The notes beneath the pieces were generated by a model. The model worked only from the letters and a program-made list of their open reading frames with translations. It was not told the origin of the DNA and did not search any database. Shown one piece after another: positions 60,693 to 64,000 of a stretch of 64,000 bases of DNA; within the stretch, counting starts at the first letter, position 1; every line of letters begins with the position of its first letter. The position numbers and the translations under genes were made by a program. This DNA is from an uncultured candidate division Zixibacteria bacterium (lineage in GTDB: Bacteria; Zixibacteria; MSB-5A5; GN15; FEB-12), in contig CAWDXE010000005.1 in the NCBI GenBank assembly GCA_963806185.1, forward strand, positions 227,737-291,736, written 5' to 3'.

Positions 60693-61745
60693 TCAGCTTT
60701 CGATGAGTACGGTTTCGGACGAGAATCCGGGGCCGAGTGCCGAGATCAGTCCCAGCTCTCCCTTCTTCCTGTCATTTGATTCCAGAAATTTCGCGAGGAC
60801 GAAGAGTACCGTTACCGACGACATATTACCGTAGTCACGCAACACACGGCAACTGATCTCGAATTCGCCGTTCCGTCGGCCGAGCGCCTCCTGATACGCC
60901 TGTATCACTTTCGTGCCGCCGGGGTGGAACAGGTAATGATCGATGTCATCAAGCGTCAGTTGATGTCCGCGCAGGAATTCGCTCAAGTCCTCGCGTGAAT
61001 GTTCTGCCACGATATCAGGAATCCGCTGGGCGAAGACCACCTGCAGCCCGTGCGCGACAACATTCCATCCCATGACATCGAGCGAATCGGGATACAGCCG
61101 ACTGCATGTGTCGACAACGCGGACACCTTCCTGCGCGACATCGTCGCCGGTGATCAGCACGGCCGCGGCCCCTTCACCAAAGAGGGCGGTCGCCACCAGA
61201 TTGCTCTTGGAAAAATCATTGGGCAGGAAGGTCAGCCCGCACAGCTCGGCGGCCACCAGCAGGATTCGTTGCTTCGGATGACCGAGCGCATGGTGGTAAG
61301 CGTGGGAGAGTCCGGCAACGCCGCCGGCACAGCCCAACCCCCAGATCGGTGTGCGGCGCACATTGTGGCGGAGGCCCAGGACGTTGATCAGGCGGGCATC
61401 GATCGACGGTGTGGCTAAGCCGGTCGTGTTGACGAACATGATATAGTCAATCTGATCAGGGCGAGTGCCGGTTCGCGCAAAAAGCGACCGGCAGGCGTCG
61501 GCGGCCAGTGTGGTGGCGTTTTCGATATAGGCGGTGTTGCGCTCTTCAAGTGTATGAGGACTCACCAGCCAGTCCAGGGGCTTTGAGAAGTAGCGGTGGT
61601 CGATTCCGGAATTGGCGAAGATGCCGAGCAACCGGTCCACGTCGCGCACCTTGGCGCCGAAATGGCGGCGGGCAAACTCGCGCCCCTGCTCCTGATCAAT
61701 CTTGTGCGGCGGGACGGTCGTTTCGACATGGGCAATATACGGCAC
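60693..61745 (-). CDS. Type III polyketide synthase (chalcone-synthase-like)
   Basis: GLGCAGG (catalytic Cys), ALFGEG, HPGG (His), YGNMSS (Asn) and LGPGF motifs. Confidence 0.92.
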   Translation of the reverse strand: MPYIAHVETTVPPHKIDQEQGREFARRHFGAKVRDVDRLLGIFANSGIDHRYFSKPLDWLVSPHTLEERNTAYIENATTLAADACRSLFARTGTRPDQIDYIMFVNTTGLATPSIDARLINVLGLRHNVRRTPIWGLGCAGGVAGLSHAYHHALGHPKQRILLVAAELCGLTFLPNDFSKSNLVATALFGEGAAAVLITGDDVAQEGVRVVDTCSRLYPDSLDVMGWNVVAHGLQVVFAQRIPDIVAEHSREDLSEFLRGHQLTLDDIDHYLFHPGGTKVIQAYQEALGRRNGEFEISCRVLRDYGNMSSVTVLFVLAKFLESNDRKKGELGLISALGPGFSSETVLIES

Positions 61746-61879
61746 CGGGTACGATTCCCTTCTGGGTTTCAGGTATAGTAGTTGAACCTGAAGCAGGCGG
61801 TATTAGTTTCGGTTTGAATTGGCCGTTACGACCTATATTTCACGGAGAACATCGATAGCGGAGCCGCCAATAGCAAGTG

Positions 61880-61913
61880 AAAAGGCCCGCGTCGATCCTT
61901 TGACACGGGCCTT
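61880..61913 (-). terminator. Intrinsic terminator after the Arg-rich gene
   Basis: AAGGCCCG...CGGGCCTT inverted repeat, with a U-tract on the minus strand. Confidence 0.6.
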
Positions 61914-61957
61914 AGACTGTAAAGGCTCACGTCGTGTGAGCCGGAGAGTTCGAATGA

Positions 61958-62320
61958 CTAGCGGCGAGTCCGCGAGTTGCCGCGGCGGAAGCCGTAGCGG
62001 GTGTTCTTGCGCCACGGGGCAGCGTTTTTCGAACGGCTGGCGGTCGGGCGGAAGGAGCCCTTGGTCTGACCGGTATTGCCACGCCACACGGACGGATTGG
62101 CCTTCTTGATGCTCAGGTCGGAAGCTTTGTACCGAACGGCATAGGCGGTGCGGCCAAGCTGACGAGCTACCCACGAGGTCTCGTTGATGCGATAGTACTT
62201 GCGCAGGAAGGCGATTTCTTTCGAGCTCCACGGACGGCCACCATTGGCGCGACGGGTGGTGCGAGTGGTGCGGCGCGAAGCAGCGCGACGATAAGTGTTA
62301 CGGTTTTTGCGAATAGCCAT
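61958..62320 (-). CDS. Small very basic protein with a Myb/SANT-like HTH core
   Basis: AAAGGAG SD; Arg-rich tails around PWSSKEIAFLRKYY...VARQLGRTAYAVRYKA..L. Confidence 0.75.
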   Translation of the reverse strand: MAIRKNRNTYRRAASRRTTRTTRRANGGRPWSSKEIAFLRKYYRINETSWVARQLGRTAYAVRYKASDLSIKKANPSVWRGNTGQTKGSFRPTASRSKNAAPWRKNTRYGFRRGNSRTRR

Positions 62321-62705
62321 TGTCAACTCCTTTGTAGAGCAGTGAACGTATGCGATCCGAAACCTGGCTTAGCTCGGCCGCGTTTTTTATCAGTGTTTCT
62401 AATCAATGCATCGGACGTTCTTTAAGATTCTTTACCCCAATCGTTTACATTTTTCGTTCCACACGCGGGCTTGAAACGGCGCGTAGAGACTAGTTTGCCA
62501 CTTCGACGATTACGTGTGCGGTGATCAATAATTAAACATGGACCGGAAGATTGACTTCTCGATCGCAAGCCTGTATGTGGTGCAACACATTGCCGTTCCA
62601 TCACTTACTGAATACATGCCCGCCCCCCTCGACCGTCGTGACGGCAGTCTCACGCCACTTGCCCCACAACGTGTCCAGGGTTAGATTGTATGCGGAAGAC
62701 CAGCC

Positions 62706-63788
62706 ATGTCCGTTACGAAAGATTACCTCCTTCAGGCACTTGTCCTGGCGCTCGCCGCAGGGGCAGTCTTCCTATTCTATAAAATCATGGTGCCGTTCTT
62801 CGTCCCGATCATCTGGGCCGGCATTTTCGCCATCATGTTTCACTCACTGTTCGAACGGCTGGCTGTGATCGTGAAGAACCGCAGTGTGGCCTCGCTCTGC
62901 ATCACGCTCCTGATCATCGTTATCATCATCGGCCCGGTCGCCTTCGTGTCGGTTCAGCTCATTCAACAGGCGATCGACGCCGTCAATTCGGTGAAGCGAT
63001 TATATGACAGCGGGGAACTTGATCGTTTGCTGACGCTCGATATCCCCTGGCTGGCGGCCATTCGCGAACAGATGGCGAGCCGGTTCAATATCCAGAGTCT
63101 CAGTGTTGATCAAATGGTGCCGCAAATTCTCGACAAGGCTTCCGGTTTCATTGTCGGGCAGGCCTCGAACCTTCTTGCCAATAGCGCAAAGGTGATGCTG
63201 AATTTTGTGCTGATGCTTGTGGCCACCTATTACCTGGTAAGAGATGGACATCTGTTGGTTTCCCGGGTCAAGTCGATCATACCACTGCCGGCCGATCAGG
63301 TAAACAAGCTCGTCCACGACCTCCGCGGGTTGATTTCCGTCACCATGTACAGCGGCGTGGCTGTCGCCGCCTTGCAAGGAGTACTCGGCTGGCTGCTCTT
63401 TACGATCATGGGGATTGAATCGGCCGTTTTCTGGGGGGCGGTGATGGGCTTCCTTTCGCTGCTTCCGTTATTCGGCGCATTCCTGATTTACATCCCGGCC
63501 GGACTGTTTCTCATGGTCAGCGGATCACCGATCAAAGGAATTATCACCATTGCCATTGGCACAGTCGTGGTCAGCCAGGTGGACAATCTGATCAGACCCT
63601 GGATTATCAGCGGTAAGGTGCAGATGCACCCCCTGCTGACCTTCTTCTCAATGTTGGGCGGCATAGCTGTCTTCGGCTTCGTGGGTGTGGTTGTCGGCCC
63701 GGTGGTGGCGGCCCTATTTGTTGTGCTTTTGGACATCATCGCCGTTCGCAAGGCGTCCATCGGCAAAGTTTTCGATTCCCCCTCCTGA
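62706..63788 (+). CDS. AI-2E family transporter
   Basis: YYLVRDG, LQG, DNLIRP, MHPL and GVVVGPV motifs. Confidence 0.92.
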   Translation: MSVTKDYLLQALVLALAAGAVFLFYKIMVPFFVPIIWAGIFAIMFHSLFERLAVIVKNRSVASLCITLLIIVIIIGPVAFVSVQLIQQAIDAVNSVKRLYDSGELDRLLTLDIPWLAAIREQMASRFNIQSLSVDQMVPQILDKASGFIVGQASNLLANSAKVMLNFVLMLVATYYLVRDGHLLVSRVKSIIPLPADQVNKLVHDLRGLISVTMYSGVAVAALQGVLGWLLFTIMGIESAVFWGAVMGFLSLLPLFGAFLIYIPAGLFLMVSGSPIKGIITIAIGTVVVSQVDNLIRPWIISGKVQMHPLLTFFSMLGGIAVFGFVGVVVGPVVAALFVVLLDIIAVRKASIGKVFDSPS

Positions 63789-63878
63789 TCCTCCCTCTTG
63801 CGCCACGCGCGCCTCCAATTGTATACTGACGTAGAGCATCGGGTCCACAACACCACGCTAATGCCCCGGAGGGTTACT

Positions 63879-64000
63879 GTGAGCATTCGCCGCCTACTCT
63901 TCTGCACTGCGATCTTGCTTCTCCTCTTCCTGCCGGTTCAGGCACAAACCGATACCAGCCTCGTAGATTCACTGCTGGCCGACGCACCGCGAGTTTTCGT
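63879..64000 (+). CDS. Exported protein, truncated by the window end
   Basis: GGAGG SD; GTG start; signal peptide MSIRRLLFCTAILLLLFLPVQA. Confidence 0.55.
   Translation, partial: MSIRRLLFCTAILLLLFLPVQAQTDTSLVDSLLADAPRVF

Overview
A roughly 58-60% GC (estimated by eye) chromosomal window from a diderm bacterium. The gene content (PorV-family barrel, T9SS-type C-terminal sorting domain, carboxypeptidase-regulatory-domain TonB receptors, DUF5916, DUF5686) suggests an FCB-group-related lineage such as Zixibacteria/KSB1/Calditrichota; this is inference. Core genes are lptB-rpoN-hpf, an orphan gyrA and an isocitrate/isopropylmalate-family dehydrogenase. Envelope loci include a TonB receptor + large sorting-domain protein + PorV triad, two RND efflux systems and an RstAB-like two-component system next to an EF-hand protein. 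Three stretches (about 16.5-19.6 kb, 34.0-35.4 kb, 52.7-54.6 kb) are full of frameshifts, including in essential gyrA, and are best read as long-read/consensus errors. No tRNA, rRNA or CRISPR array was seen. The most notable signals are: (1) two secreted Cys-rich leader ORFs ending in RAPP/RPP ribosome-arrest-like motifs, one ahead of a heavy-metal RND pump and one ahead of a secreted metallothionein-like peptide; (2) three candidate structured ncRNAs (rpoN-hpf spacer, 44.9 kb, 58.4 kb), two of which share a GCACACGAG word; (3) a RAYT transposase inside an array of ~101-bp REPIN-like units, with a dense set of other palindromic repeat families and a 4.3-kb accessory cassette bracketed by identical 22-bp repeats; (4) clustered D-(S/T)-hydrophobic O-glycosylation-like sequons in exported proteins.
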